Part shown: positions 1 through 13,993 of the stretch, one piece after another
How the letters are laid out: every line of letters starts with the position of its first letter
Numbering within the stretch: the stretch's first letter is position 1
DNA from: Octopus vulgaris
Lineage: Eukaryota
Length of the DNA: 64,000 nucleotides
Assembly (NCBI GenBank): GCA_951406725.2
Contig: OX597815.1
Location: 12,400,001 to 12,464,000 of the forward strand
Direction of reading: 5' to 3'
Translations under genes and position numbers: made by a program
Notes under the pieces: generated by a model
The model's database searches: none
Seen by the model: only the letters and a program-made list of their open reading frames with translations
Told to the model about the DNA's origin: nothing

Positions 1-424
1 GTATAGCTCACCATGTTGTGCTTCTCTTTCAGATCACTATCAGTTTTTCCATTCCATACCTGAAGTCTTACGCGTTAAGAAATATCAATAATGTCCAATA
101 TTGGGAGGTACGACCTTCAATCATCCTTGTTCTATGTGGCTCTGTTTTATGATATAACGAGAGGAAAATAAAGCTTTTTTTCTTTCATTATATGCTCGAG
201 ACAAAATATTCAACTAGCACATGTTGATATTTAAATATTTCCTGTGTATTGATTTGCTGCGCCATAGAGTTGGCAAACAAATATTCTTAATAAGAAAACA
301 TTTACTAAATATACGTCACGTCTGAATACATTGAATTTCAAAACATTTTTCTATTTCATGTCTCTATAAATAAATAAATAAATAAATATAAATAAATATA
401 AATTTATATATAAATAAATAACTA

Positions 425-486
<62 letters not shown>

Positions 487-660
487 AATGGAATGAAAAA
501 TTAGCAATTGTTGCTAGAATTTAAAATACGGCAATATATCACAACTGAATGTGGGCAAGAACAATCAAGGAGAAGCAAATAGATCGGTTGATTACACATA
601 AAAATAAATTCGTCTTCGATAAGATATGCGGGAAAATAAGCCCAATTCTCTAGACCTGAA

Positions 661-984
661 GACCCCCTTCGGTCATGAATGACCATGGGATTGCACCTAG
701 AAAGTTACCCTCCTTGACACAAGTCCGGGCACGGTTGTTTATGGAAGACCAGCAGTCGCCCATGCATACCAGCCTCCCCTCTCCACACCACTGATGTTAT
801 CCAAGGGAAAGACAAAGGTCGATACAGCTTGGCACCAGTGACGTCGCAACTCATTTCAACAGCTGAGTGAACTGGAGCAACGTGAAATAAAGTGCCTTGC
901 TCAAGAACACATCACCCAGCCCGGTCCGGGATTCGAGCTCACAACCTCACGATCGTAAGCCAGACGCTCTAACCACTGAGCCAT
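661..984 (-). mobile_element. tRNA(Arg-like)-derived SINE (family C)
   Basis: Reverse complement begins ATGGCTCAGTGGTTAGAGCG (A box), ACG in the anticodon-loop position, GAGCTCGAATCCC (B box), then GTGTTCTTGAGCAAGGCACT conserved-core-like sequence and a GC-rich tail. Confidence 0.85.
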
Positions 985-1554
985 ATAGCATTGCATATTA
1001 ACAATATGATTATCCCCTTCTCTAAGTCTCTCCCCGAAGGCACAAACATCGTAAAATATGAAGGAACCAGTGCAAATATTGCTAGTCTTTATTCACGCAA
1101 AATTATTATGATATGGTTCGATAAGAAAATTTACTGAATACTTATCTCAACTGAATGTTATGATCAGCAGGATGTCGATAGGAATGCTGAGAAATGTTTG
1201 GTTGGCTAGAATGCTCGACTTCAATAATTACCGTGGGAAAATGTAGAGAGATGACGAGAGAGTATATGCATGAATAAATGCGTCTTTCTTACACTTCGCG
1301 ACAAAGTGTGAATAAGCATCCAACATCGGCGTAAGAAACTGTCACATCGTTTATCTAGTTAGAATTTAAGCACTTTATTTAATAATTCTAGAGTCGAATT
1401 GAATCCAGTCCTGTACGTAAAGTTAAAATTAGCTGATGCTAATTTATCAGTGTGGTGCCATAACGTCTGGTACAGGATTTGAAGGGTGAGAAACAGTGAA
1501 GCTGTAACAGAGAAAAAATAAACGAGTCGCCTAACTTCAAATAGGAATTCAATT

Positions 1555-1589
1555 AAGTAGTTGTTATATATATATATATGTATACATGT

Positions 1590-1655
<66 letters not shown>

Positions 1656-1830
1656 GTACATAGCAGTGTGTGCGCTTGTGTGTATGTGTACACATATATA
1701 TATATATAATATATATATATATGTATGTGTATATATATGTATACATGTATACATATATATATATATAACAACTACTTATATAACAACTACTATATATAAC
1801 AACTACTATATATAACAACTACTATATATA
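1555..1830. repeat. Compound (TA)n microsatellite with inverted duplication and TATATAACAACTAC tandem units
   Basis: AAGTAGTTGTTATATA...GTATACATGTATAC at ~1555-1600 recurs reverse-complemented at ~1730-1777, followed by ~17-bp tandem units to ~1825. Confidence 0.75.
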
Positions 1831-3532
1831 ATATATATATATATCTATATATGTATATATATATATATATATGTACATATATATGTATATATATATATAT
1901 ACATATACACACATACATACACACACATACACACACACATATATATATATATATATATGCATGTATATGGTTATATGTATATTCGTGTATATACTTATAC
2001 ACACATATAGATAATGAGAGAGAGAAAGAGAGAGATATATATATATATACAAGCAAAGATGCACACATATATATATAAGTGTGTGTGTGTGTACGTTTCT
2101 GTGTGTGTGTGTGTGTGTATGTGTATGGGTGTGTGTTTGTTGAAATAAACGGTGATTTGTTCTGACGATTTTCGCAGGTCGGTATGTTTCGCGGAATACA
2201 AACTTTAGAGCCTATGTCTGTAAGACTAAGCTTCAGCAATCGAACCACTTTTGAGTTTATGGAATACATACTAATACATGGAAATCTAGTTAGTACTTTG
2301 TATGTCTTCTGCTAAATGTTCTGCAAAATCGATAAAAGCCATAGGTGCTAGAAAAAAGGATCAACGAATTTAGAATTGAACGACATTAAACGTAATCAGA
2401 TTTACAGCAAATTTAATGACATCAACGTTAACACTAGCCCCATTGCTAAATAGGAAGCAATATAGTTTCATCAATTTACGCACGGAAAGTTTTATATACA
2501 TCAGTTCAACTGGGTGACATAGGAATATTGATATTTGCACAATCAATTGATATTTGCGAGACTAAGTAAATGTAAAAATATATCACAGTATCTTCTGAAT
2601 TAAGTGAAGCCTTGCATTCTTTTAACAAGGCGTAGCGCCTAAGTAACGTGCACAATAGACTTAGGTACTAGATGACACGGTATAAATCAAATTATGAAAT
2701 CTGAGAAATTGTACAATATAATTTGTGCCATTACTTCGAATAGTTGCAGTAATGAAGTACAGCTATTGAAGAAGCTAAAATGTAGAGCGTATTTATTTGT
2801 ATATTCAATTCCCAGCAAACACTTCCTAATGGTCTCATCATCAGAATTGAAGATTTAAAGCGATTACAATTTAGACCTCTCATACATAAATTTTTTGAGA
2901 AATTATTTCAAAGAATACATTTATATATACATTAGAGTGTTCAATAATTCTAAACAAATCCACACCCTGTATAACTGTGGAATGCAAAACATCTATATAT
3001 GCTGATAGATTGAGAAATATGAACCAATGGATGGATTTCTATTCTTATATTCAATGGACGTCAACTAAGTAATGATTCGGTAACTGCATTCTAAAGGATG
3101 AAGCGTAAATGGAGATAGAGTAGCTGCTAGTAAATAAGAGTTAGATATTAAAATTGTTTTCAATATTGGCTTGGGGCCAAAATAATATAACCAATATCTC
3201 TAAGAAGTAAAATGAACGAAAAGCTAGAACACGACAACCAGTAAGTGAATAAGAGTCAGTGTATTGGAGACAGTTACTGATTACATCAGTACTTAGTCAC
3301 CTTCAGTTGTTTGGAATGTTACTGTTTTCAAAGTCACCAGGCTCACACGTATGCAGCAAATAACTAATATAGTTATAGTGAAACTTTTCCCGATTTCGAA
3401 AGAAAACCACAATCCACGTTCTTCTGTAACTACACTTGTTCGACATTTATAAGTATAACCTGAACCTGATTGGCAGCTGCGACATACCATCCTCTTTGTA
3501 ACACAAATAAAGTTTATAAATATATATATATA

Positions 3533-3616
<84 letters not shown>

Positions 3617-3660
3617 TACATATATACATATATATATATGTATATATATATATACATATA

Positions 3661-3824
3661 TACGACAGGCTTCTTTCAGTTTCTGTCTACCAAATCCCAC
3701 TCACAAGGCATTGGTCGGCCCGGGGCTATAGCAGAAGACACCTACCCAAGATGCCACGCAGTGGGACTGAACCCGGAACCATGTGGTTGTTTAGCAAGTT
3801 ACTTACCACACAGCCACTCCTGCG

Positions 3825-3826
<2 letters not shown>
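3661..3826 (-). mobile_element. SINE family A, head half only
   Basis: Reverse complement of GGCGCAGGAGTGGCTGTGTGGTAAG...GGGTTCAGTCCC head up to the internal (TA)n; near-identical to 19657-20056. Confidence 0.9.
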
Positions 3827-3921
<95 letters not shown>

Positions 3922-3932
3922 TTGTATATATA

Positions 3933-5153
3933 ACTTAGATAAATTAGATATGTTTCGTCCAAAGATTGGTCTAGGTCATGTCTAATTTAGTTACACCACT
4001 CGTTAGGATTTGCTACACCCTTTTTAAGTCCAGGTTTCTGGTATCATGGCACATTCGAATAGGGAGTTCTTGTTGGATGCTCTGTATTCAAGTATAGGTG
4101 GCTTATGTGCTGTCCCTCGAAACAATTTGTCCAGATTCCATTTCAATGTGATGGAATACTTTTCCTTTTTTATCTGTTTTCGGACAACGTTAAATAGGGC
4201 AGGACAAGTTAAGGAAAAGGAATTGTGTTGCTGTGTATTTATGTTTTGTGTTCCTGTATTGGGTAGGAGACGAATGGCCCGTCATCCTAGCTTTCGATGA
4301 ATTCTGAAACTAATGTTGGGGTCGTTTTGGTCAATGCCTGTGGTATAGTTTCTATCACGGCTGCTTTAAAGCGGTCCCAGTTCTCGAGATCAGTCATGCC
4401 CTTAATTCTTGTTTTGAATTTCCTTTGGGGCGATTCAGTTGATTCGACTTTCGAAATGTTTTGGTTTGTGTGAGGAGAGCACAGTAGGCAGCAGTATTCG
4501 AGGTGTGACCGTATAATGGAGGAGAAAAGAGGAATTGCAATACCTCGTTCTCTGGACCGGAAGGTTCTTAGGACCCGGGAGCACATCCTACGAGCAACAT
4601 CGACCTTATTGTTCGTTGATGAGGACTCTCCAGCTGGGATTTTTGTCAACAATTGCTGATAGGTGTCTGGCAGTATTAAATGCTGTGAGTGGTTCCATCG
4701 AAGGAAGAGAAAATGGTTGTTTTAGGATAGTCTTTATTCCCAAATAGATCAATTCAAATTTTCGTTGTGTAGTCGCATTTTGTTTTTGTCTGCCCATTGA
4801 CTTACAACATGTAGATGGGACTAGAATTCAGTAGGGTCTTCGTTGATAATTTTCTGGAGCTTGAAGTCATCGGTGAATATTTTCGCTTTGATGTTGTGCT
4901 TGATGACGCTTGAAATGTCGTTTATATGTACTATAAACAGAAGCGGGCTTAAGGCAGTCCCTTGAGGGATACCACCAGTGAATTTTACTGGGCTTCAGAG
5001 GATTCCATCGATTACAACATGTGTTCTGTTCTCCTGAAAATACTGAATCTAGTGCAGTAGTTTACCACGGATTCCAATATTTGACAATTTTGACAGTAGG
5101 TTATTGTGGTCGACTGTCGAATGTTTTACTGAAGTCAAGATATATGATATCAG

Positions 5154-5160
<7 letters not shown>
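3933..5160 (-). mobile_element. 5'-truncated, decayed CR1-like LINE (RT domain to 3' tail)
   Basis: Minus-strand frames give [59 protein letters not shown] (RT Y/FxDD) and IIRSHLEYCCLLCSPH, with stops and frameshifts; 3' hairpin-GAAAC tail near 3950; (TA)n on both sides. Confidence 0.9.
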
Positions 5161-5210
<50 letters not shown>

Positions 5211-5219
5211 GTGTGTGTG

Positions 5220-5265
<46 letters not shown>

Positions 5266-5289
5266 TAGATAGATAGATATGTGTGTGTG

Positions 5290-5338
<49 letters not shown>

Positions 5339-5355
5339 GTGTGTGTGTGAATATA

Positions 5356-5398
<43 letters not shown>

Positions 5399-5400
5399 GT
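5161..5400. repeat. Compound tandem repeat (TA)n-(GATA)n-(TG)n unit x3
   Basis: ATAGATAGATAGATATGTGTGTGTGTGAATATAT block repeated three times, separated by variable (TA)n. Confidence 0.8.
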
Positions 5401-6300
5401 ATGCATATATATATATGTATGTATGATGTACGTATGCATGTATGTATATATGCACACATTATTCAGTACACAAAACGTCTCGCAATCTAAATACACCCCG
5501 TTGCCAGCCATGGAAAACACGTTGTATTCCTGCTGAAGTGCAGTCCTCTTATGTTCTCTACCTTGATGACCATAAATCTTGTTTGGAAATCGGTCGCATG
5601 TACCTATCGTCTGTCACACAAGCTGTAATCCAAGCACAATACGAAATGTTATCGTTTGCTCTTAGCTATTTTGGCAATTCAGATATAAATTAAAAAAATA
5701 TTTTATTCATATTTGCGATTTCTAAGCGAGTCTTTTACCTCAACCTATTATCTTCAGGAATTCATTTCTTTTTCAGCTGCTTTTGTAGTATACAATGATG
5801 AATTAGTCACTGTTTCTACGACGTTAAATGCATTAAGATTATGAATTGTTTATTTTGATTGCATTAAAACACCAAATATGTCTATCTAGTGTGCTTCATG
5901 GAAAGCATATAGTTTCTCAGTAATGGAGTAGTAGGACTCATTCAGCGTCGGAGTGATTATCTATGTGCAAGTCGAGATACCTGTAAGTGTAATGTAAGAA
6001 AAGAAGGATTTGCGATATCATCTAAATAAAAATTATCATTGCTGGCGGTGAGAATAAATAATATTATATTATAAAGGTGACTTAACAACGAGTATGTGAT
6101 TCAGAATACTTCACACCAGTGTGGCTTTGATTTCGCCTTCTAGCTGAAAAATGTGTTTAAGGGATAAGTAACTAGTGAAGAACATAGGGATTCCGCTGGA
6201 TACTATGCCCCACTCCATGCAAGAATTCATGGATTACCTACAAAGATAGACGTAGACATGTTCCAGAAATAATTCATAAATATTGTTAGAGAAATCTAAC

Positions 6301-6392
<92 letters not shown>

Positions 6393-6394
<2 letters not shown>

Positions 6395-6795
6395 TTTGAT
6401 ACTTTGATACTTTGATAGGTTTCGGCCATTATTGGCCCATGCCATGTCTAACTTAATAGCACCACCTGGTGAAGTCTTTCAAGTCAGAATTTGGGCACTA
6501 TGGCCCACTCAAGTAGAGAGTTATTGTTTACAGAGACATATCCGGGTGTAGGGGGTTTATCCGGGATTTCTTGAAGGAATCTGTCCAAAGACTTTTTGAA
6601 CCCTATAGGGTCAGTTTCTGTTTTAATGTGTTTTGGTGTAATGTTAAAGAGAGCGGGGCCAATTGAGGTGAAATAATTGTGCCGTATTGTTGTTATGAGA
6701 TGAGAGTGCGATTTTTGTTTTGGACGGATGGCACGGGGCCCAAGCCTTGGATGTACCTTAAAGGTGATGCCAACATCATTTGGGCAATGCTGATG

Positions 6796-6800
<5 letters not shown>
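6393..6800 (-). mobile_element. CR1-like LINE 3' fragment (ORF2 C-terminus, 3' UTR and tail)
   Basis: Minus frame ~6800-6484 reads IFHQHCPNDVGITFKVHPRLGPRA...NYFTSIGPALFNITPKHIK...FKKSLDRFLQEIPDKP...WAIVPKF*; tail GGCCAATAATGGCCGAAAC then (ATCAAAGT)x3; flanked by (TA)n. Confidence 0.88.
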
Positions 6801-6841
<41 letters not shown>

Positions 6842-7230
6842 CAATTAATGTAAGAAAGAAGAACGGTACGATTTTTTTTTGAAAACCTACAAATATGATA
6901 AAGTTCAAAGAAACACAGAAAACATATCTTTTGGAGAGAAACTTCATATTTAGGGAAATCCTACCCATAGTGAATACAAGAAATTGAATAAAAGAAAGTG
7001 AAATAATATGGACGTTTCAAATATGAGTATAACCACTCATACACACATGCACTCGCTCACGCACACTTCATACATATGTAGACACGCATGTTTTCAACAA
7101 GCTGACACACGTGCACTACGGAAAAACGGTTGCGATAATATTTTTACTGAAAATCGTATTCTGTCTAGTGTGCAATATTTACTATTACAATCGAGAATGA
7201 TTCCCAGATTTAACGTAAAATACTTATATA

Positions 7231-7625
7231 TCTATATATATAAAGCTGAAATTGTCTGAGTATGGCAGGTTTGGTAGGCTTCAACTAACACTATCTCCTC
7301 CGAGACCCTTCCGCGCAAGGTGACCAAAATTGAGAGTATGATAGAAGAAGGCTTGCTTTTCATTTCGTAGAAGAAGAGCTTCAAATTGGACCATGTTAAG
7401 ACCAAAAATTATTTACATAAAAAAGGTGCTTTTTTTCTATGAAAATCCCTATCTCTTATAATTTTTTGACTGCTGTAGCGCCATTTTTCTGTGTCCTTCA
7501 ACCAGAAAAATGTTCACATAAAGAGAATAACAAGTTACATAAGGCAAAATTTTTACTTTTTAAAATTCCAATTCTAAAGGGTCAAAAAGAAAACAAACCC
7601 GAGCTACACCGGGCGATACTGCTAG
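7231..7625 (+). mobile_element. Non-autonomous Helitron
   Basis: Starts TCTATATATATAAAG after an A; ends in hairpin CCCG-AGCTACAC-CGGG followed by CGATACTGCTAG, then T. Canonical 5'-TC, 3'-CTAG, A|T insertion. Confidence 0.85.
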
Positions 7626-7783
7626 TAAATTATAAAAGGATGTCGACTGAATAGCTTCTTGGCTTCAAATTGCGTGCGCGTTTGTAGTGTGGATAAGTGT
7701 GTGTACATAGTGTGTATGTTAATTTCAAGATAGAGTGTAATCAGACGTAACTAAATAAAACTCTTATGCTTATACACACACAC

Positions 7784-7830
<47 letters not shown>

Positions 7831-7864
7831 AGTGCGTACATATGTATTTATGTATGTCTGTGTA

Positions 7865-7902
<38 letters not shown>

Positions 7903-10064
7903 GGAGAAAGGGGGAAAGAGAGAGAGAGAAAGAGAAAATGAGAGAGGCAGACAGAAAGTGCTTATCTACCTTTCAAAGCAGATAGCCGTCTGCTGATCTC
8001 AGAAATATTAAAAAAATAACGACATTAAAAGCAATACAAATATTCTAAGATGTATGCGAAAACTAACTTATGAGACAGTTCTTAAGGCACATTAACTTCT
8101 AGACAGCACCACCATTTTGGAAGCCTTTCAATGAAACCACCACTTGTCAGAAACCTATGCAGTGAAATTATGTATATAAAACGCAAGCTGACTTTCTAAG
8201 AGTTTTAGCAGAATACTGTGTCATTATATACACCATTATAGTCATTATTATACTAAAGTTAAGGAAATTAGTCTGTACATACACTGAATAATCTGCAATT
8301 TGAAAATTTTAAAGAGGAAAGAAAACAAAATCCAAGTAACAACTCAAAATATATGACAAGAAATCTTGAGAGTATTATGTATTCGATGTTTTTGCTCTGC
8401 AAGTTTCGACTAACAATGTGAGTCCAGGTGAAAATTCAACATTGTTTCAAAATTGCAGGAATATAAATGCAAAAAGCCAGGGCATGATTCCGTATAGATG
8501 CTGACATCCCGAGAAAAGGAAAAAGTTTGTAAATTTCCTTTTTATGCTGCAAAAATCTGACAACATGGAGGCACAGTTATTCTGGTCTTTGCGTCAATAG
8601 AATGCATTTAAATGTACTACAATAATTTAGGGAGAGAGTGTGGGGAGAGATGTAGGGAAGGACAGCAGGAGAGAGCAAGCGAGATAGAAAGAGAGAGGGG
8701 AAGACAGAAAACGCGCGCGCAAGAGAGAAAGCAACTAATAGAAAGAGGGAGTGAGAGTGAAAGAAAGAAATGATGGGAGATCCTGAAATACATAGATTAA
8801 AACCGACTTGGATATATACTACAAATAGAACCCAAAATGTTAATGTAATTGATGACTTGCTTTTACAATCCACGGCCATGTCAACTTGAGTTAAATTGAA
8901 GTCCTTTACACTCAATTGTATTTGTACGCGACAGTGACCTTAGTGGAATAATACGTATAGCGGGTGTATCTGAATACAAAGAAATCGCTTAATCTGGAAG
9001 CTCCTTCCTGCTGGGTTACTACTAATAAACGCATCAAGAATGTAAAAGTGTCAGGAAGAAAGTTTCATTAAGATTTGTTCGAGAGGCAAAAATCGCATGA
9101 TGTGTGATGTTCAGAGGCGTATTTTATTTTGGGGTTATGGTTTTCAGATAGTAAAGTTTATTTGTCAACATAATGTGGCAGTACTTTAAAAGGCAGATGT
9201 TACTGATCTTTAGCCCCAGAAAAAGGTTTTTTTCTCCAGTTGCTTACCGGCACAGTGTTTGTGCCCGTATAATATATGCGAGGAGGTCAACACTCCCATC
9301 TCTAGCTTTACAGACCAATGTTTCTGGGTAAGTACCCGTCTGCTGCATGGGTCAATCATCAGCTAATGATGAAGGATCTCTCCACTTGCAAATACTATAC
9401 ATTTTTTAAGCGAGACATTCGCTAATCTCGTAATCAGAAAAAAACTATTTAAATCTCTGAGCGAGAGATATACAGGAACAGTGCCGAATAGTTAAGTTTA
9501 TTTCCCAAAATAATGTGGAAGTCCGATACAAGGTCAGTTTTCAAATGTTTCAGTCGTCCCGAAATGGCATTGAGCTGGTAGCCAATGTGTATGTCGTGTT
9601 GCGTGTATATATGTGCGTGCGGGGCGTGTGTATGTATGTGTGTCTGTGTGCCTTTCTCCAGGTTTGAAGATAACATCTCTCGGTTGAATAGCAACGTTTT
9701 CTATGAAACACTCGGAAGATTTCAGTCCCATTCCTAGAAAACTCCGATCGGAGTATTTCAAAACCGAGAGCTGACAGATATTGCCACCAAAAACCCCACC
9801 TCCCAACCCGGCACGTTCCCCTGTTCCCGCCCACGCTCTCCTACGTCTCCACCACCACAACTATCTTCAGTGAAAAGGTTGCGCATTCAAAGCCACGGAA
9901 ATATTTTGACAAAGTAGATTTAGATGGTGAAGTATATCTAACGGTTTTTGTGTGTTTTTAAAAGGCTTACAAACACCTTCCATGCTGCAATTGTTTTTGT
10001 TTCAGCACACGATCTCAAATCAAGTCACTTGTTTTGCAAGTACATCTCCGTAATGTGTATTTGA

Positions 10065-10188
<124 letters not shown>

Positions 10189-10574
10189 CAATAAGAAAAT
10201 GGGGGGATCAAGTGGTGGTATTCATCAATTTTAGACATTATACTATGTGTATGTATTATTTAACTAAAAAAAACAATTATAACAATATACATACATGTAT
10301 AACATATTATGCTTTACATATATAATATATAAAGTACCAGTCATTATTAAAATATATAACGTAGAGCATAGATAGTATGAAAGTATCTTACAGCTGTAAC
10401 AGTCGTACGGTTGTTGCTTATTTCGATTTTAATCACCTCATTTCGAAATTGTATGGATAATACCGTATTAAATTCTCGTGCCTCAACTTAAGCACCTCAT
10501 TCACCTGAATACACACACACACACACACACACACATGTATATATATATATATATATACATACATATATATATAT

Positions 10575-10621
<47 letters not shown>

Positions 10622-13202
10622 CATATATATATATATATATGTATATGTATATATGTATATATGTATATATATACACACACACACACACATACACATTCAC
10701 ACACACACACACACACACAATATATATATATATATATATAGCTAAAAAAATTAGAGTCCATTGTTGATTAGTTTACGGGTTGATTAGTTTAGGAGATAGA
10801 AATGTCAAGAGCGTTTTGTATACTTTGACATTTATAGAAGTGTATATGTTGCCGGCTATCTGTGAGAAAACTCTGTTAATGATACTCTTGGATCCTAAGA
10901 TGGTATTAAATTGTAAAGACGTAAAAATACTTAAAACCAAGTAAAAATTTCAAATATAAGAACAGAAGATGAATACTGTTTTCTGACTTCAGTGAAGCGG
11001 AAGAAATGAAAATAAACGTAATTGGTTCAATAGAAGATAGAGTGTGATGATAAAGAATAAGCAGTAGAAATAGTTAAAAAAGAAAACAATGAAAGGAATC
11101 TATAATAATGACTGTTAGGTTTATGGCTTGCTATTCATAGCTAAAAGAAGCAACATATCTTACGTATAAAACTGAACTTGGGAATTCAGAAGTTAGGTTG
11201 AAAATGTGATAAGAAACGATCGTATATGGCCAATGTCCACTTCGGGGGAGAGAAAATAGCTGAACAAGAAAACATTGTATGAAGATAAGCCTTACTGTTG
11301 CCTGAGAAGTACATGGCAAATTTGACGAGAAAAATCCTCATTTCCAGGACTAAATGTTTCCAACCAGATACTACTAAAGTCATATAATGAGTCATATTAG
11401 AGTAAGGCAAAAGTATTTTTAGATGGTGAAGAAATGATATTTCATAGGAACATAACTTTGATATACGGCGGGTATTGCCTACGTTATCATGTCTTGAAAT
11501 GAATAAACGTCTCACAAAGATCCCGGATAATGGTAACGCGATCATACTCTCGGACATGTTAACATAAAATTTGCAAAGAATAAAAAATGGCAAAATTTCA
11601 AGGCAGAGACGAATCCCCTCCAAAAGAGAGCTACTGAAGCTGCAACTAAAATACTAGGTCTCTTAGAACTCTATTGTTAGCATCCTCTCCAGGCCTTCCA
11701 TTTCCAGTCTACGTGTCCAGACTCAGAGCAGTTCCAGTGAATCGGACCATTCTCTTGATCTGTTCTTCACTGAATTTCAAGTAAAACAATGAAAAGTTGA
11801 CGAGAGCTTGGCCATATATGAATACGCGTCTTCAATTCTTTCAGTCATATGAATAAACCAACTTTCATATAAGTGTATGCCCCAATCGCAAAAAGAATTC
11901 TTTATAGTGTTTTGTGTCGTTTTGTTTTTGTTTTCCTTTTATAGTGACCTACGAAGGAGACTTTGCTCAATGCTATAATACTTTACAAAAGAGCATTCTT
12001 TTAATAGAACAGATATAATGGTCGATGCAAGGGAACACAGTAGGAAAGTGCTTCATAATATAAGATCTAGAAAGGTGCATTCCTTGATACAACAGACACG
12101 ATGGTCGTAGAAAATAAAGATAGCAGGAAAGTACTGTCTATTCGTAGTATGAAATTTTTATCTATTTATGTTGTCTATATAGAGGATAGAGTGTGATGAT
12201 AAAGAATAAGCGGTAGAAATATTTTAGTGCAATTTCAAATCATTGCAACAGATTTTTTTTTTTAAGAATTAGTAAAATCTTACAATACTGCAATGGACAT
12301 TTACGTAATGAATAATATTTTATAATATACGAGTGGTGATCCGTTGCATCCAGCCTAATACCTGAACAAATAACCAGACAAGTGTTTCGAAATTATTGAT
12401 GCACTTTGTATATCCAGCATCTGAACCTACCTATTAATATATCTTCAAGCATATCTTAATTGGAAAAAAAATGTTTCGCTCATTATGATAATGATTACAC
12501 TTTTGCAATCTTTGATTTTAAATCTCTTAATGTTGTCTTATTTTTATCCTCTCTCTATATAATGATCAACGCATCTATTCTGCAATCTTTATTTTCCCTT
12601 TAATGAAGGCACCATTGATAAAAATTTTAATTAATTGCCTAGGGAAAGATTTCGAACGTGACACATCATGATTTATTACGTTCAAGTGCATCGTCATCAC
12701 TATTGCCCGCTAAGCAATCCCACTGCCGTATGTTTCTTTTTTATGACTTAACTACAGATAAGAGACTTAATATAACATATCATCTTACACGCTTTCAACA
12801 GTTACGGTGAACACTAAAGCAAATAAAAACAAAAATGAAAGCTACACTTTATTTCAAATGGAATGTACTTGTTCCTATAATCACTGTAGCTAGAGGTTTT
12901 TTCCGTATTTTCGTTTTGTGATATTGTTCAGAGAAAAGTAGTAGTTAGGTCTAAAAATGTAAACACTTTTCTTTAGCAATGGTTCCGTTTGGGCTCAGAA
13001 TTATATAATTTTAAGGAGATTTTAGTTAATTTCCTACGGTATATTTTTCAGTTATGCATGCAATATAATTTGAATTCCATATATTCTAAAGTATGTAACG
13101 ATGGTAGCCGAAACGTAACCTCGACTGTGTAGCATGGCATTGTTATAAAATTTATCACTATTAGTGTGGCCGCTGGTTGTTAGAGTCTCAGACAACATAT
13201 CT

Positions 13203-13608
13203 CTCTTTACTCTTTTACTCTTTACTTGTTTCAGTCATTTGACTGCGGCCATGCTGGAGCACCGCCTTTTAGTCGAGCAAATCGACCCCAGAACTTATTT
13301 TTTGTAAGCCTAGTACTTATTTTATTGGTCTCTTTGGCCGAACCGCTAAGTTACGGGGGCGGAAACACACCAGCATTGGTTGTCAAGCGATGTTGGGGGA
13401 ACAAATACAGACTCAAACACACACACACATATATACATATATATACGACGGGCTTCTTTCAGTTTCCGTCTACCAAATCCACTCACAAGGATTTGGTCAG
13501 CCTGAGTCTATAGTAAAAGACACCTCACCAAGGTGTCACGCAGTGGGACTGAACCCGGAACGATGTGGTTCGTAAGCAAGCTACGTACCACACAGCCACT
13601 CCTACGCC
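13203..13608 (-). mobile_element. SINE family A, full length
   Basis: tRNA-like head, internal (TA)/(CA) tract, GGCGGTGCTCCAGCATGGCCGCAGTCAAATGACTGAAAC tail and (GTAAAAGA)n end, all reverse-complemented. Confidence 0.93.
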
Positions 13609-13797
13609 TAGTCAGATTTAGTTGCAAAGTCTTTCATTGTGAATTTAAGGACCACCAATTTGAACTTTGCCCGATTAAAAAATGTTATTATAGAAACTTT
13701 TGTATATTTAGTATATATTATACGAATGATATTGTTTATATACTAAATGCTATCCTTCACAAAGACAAATAGTATATCTCATGATCAAGTTTAATAT

Positions 13798-13993
13798 TGG
13801 TTTCGAATTTTGACACAAGGCTAGCAATTATGGTATGTTGATTACATTTACCCAAGTGCTCAACTGATACTTATCTTATCGACTCCGAAAGGATGAAATG
13901 CAAAGTCGACCCCGGCGGAATTTCAACTCTGAACGTAGCGACAGATAAAATGCCGTTAAGTATTTGGCCCAGCTTGCTAACGATTCTACCTTC
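13798..13993 (-). mobile_element. SINE family B (Meta/MESC-like core) with 16-bp TSD
   Basis: Core CGAAAGGATGAAA.GCAAAGTCGACC; flanking direct repeats TGATCAAGTTTAATAT (13782-13797) and TGATCAACTTTAATAT (13994-14009). Confidence 0.85.

Noticed and set aside
5480-5690. Moderately GC-rich unique stretch as a possible coding exon
   Set aside because: No recognisable peptide or convincing splice-site pair.
9640-9880. Possible exon after CTTTCTCCAG and the GC-rich minus-strand ORFs
   Set aside because: The plus frames I checked after the acceptor stop quickly, with no recognisable protein; a non-coding exon cannot be excluded.
11186-11623. 145-aa ORF
   Set aside because: No recognisable motif on either strand; may be an old transposon relic, but I cannot assign it.
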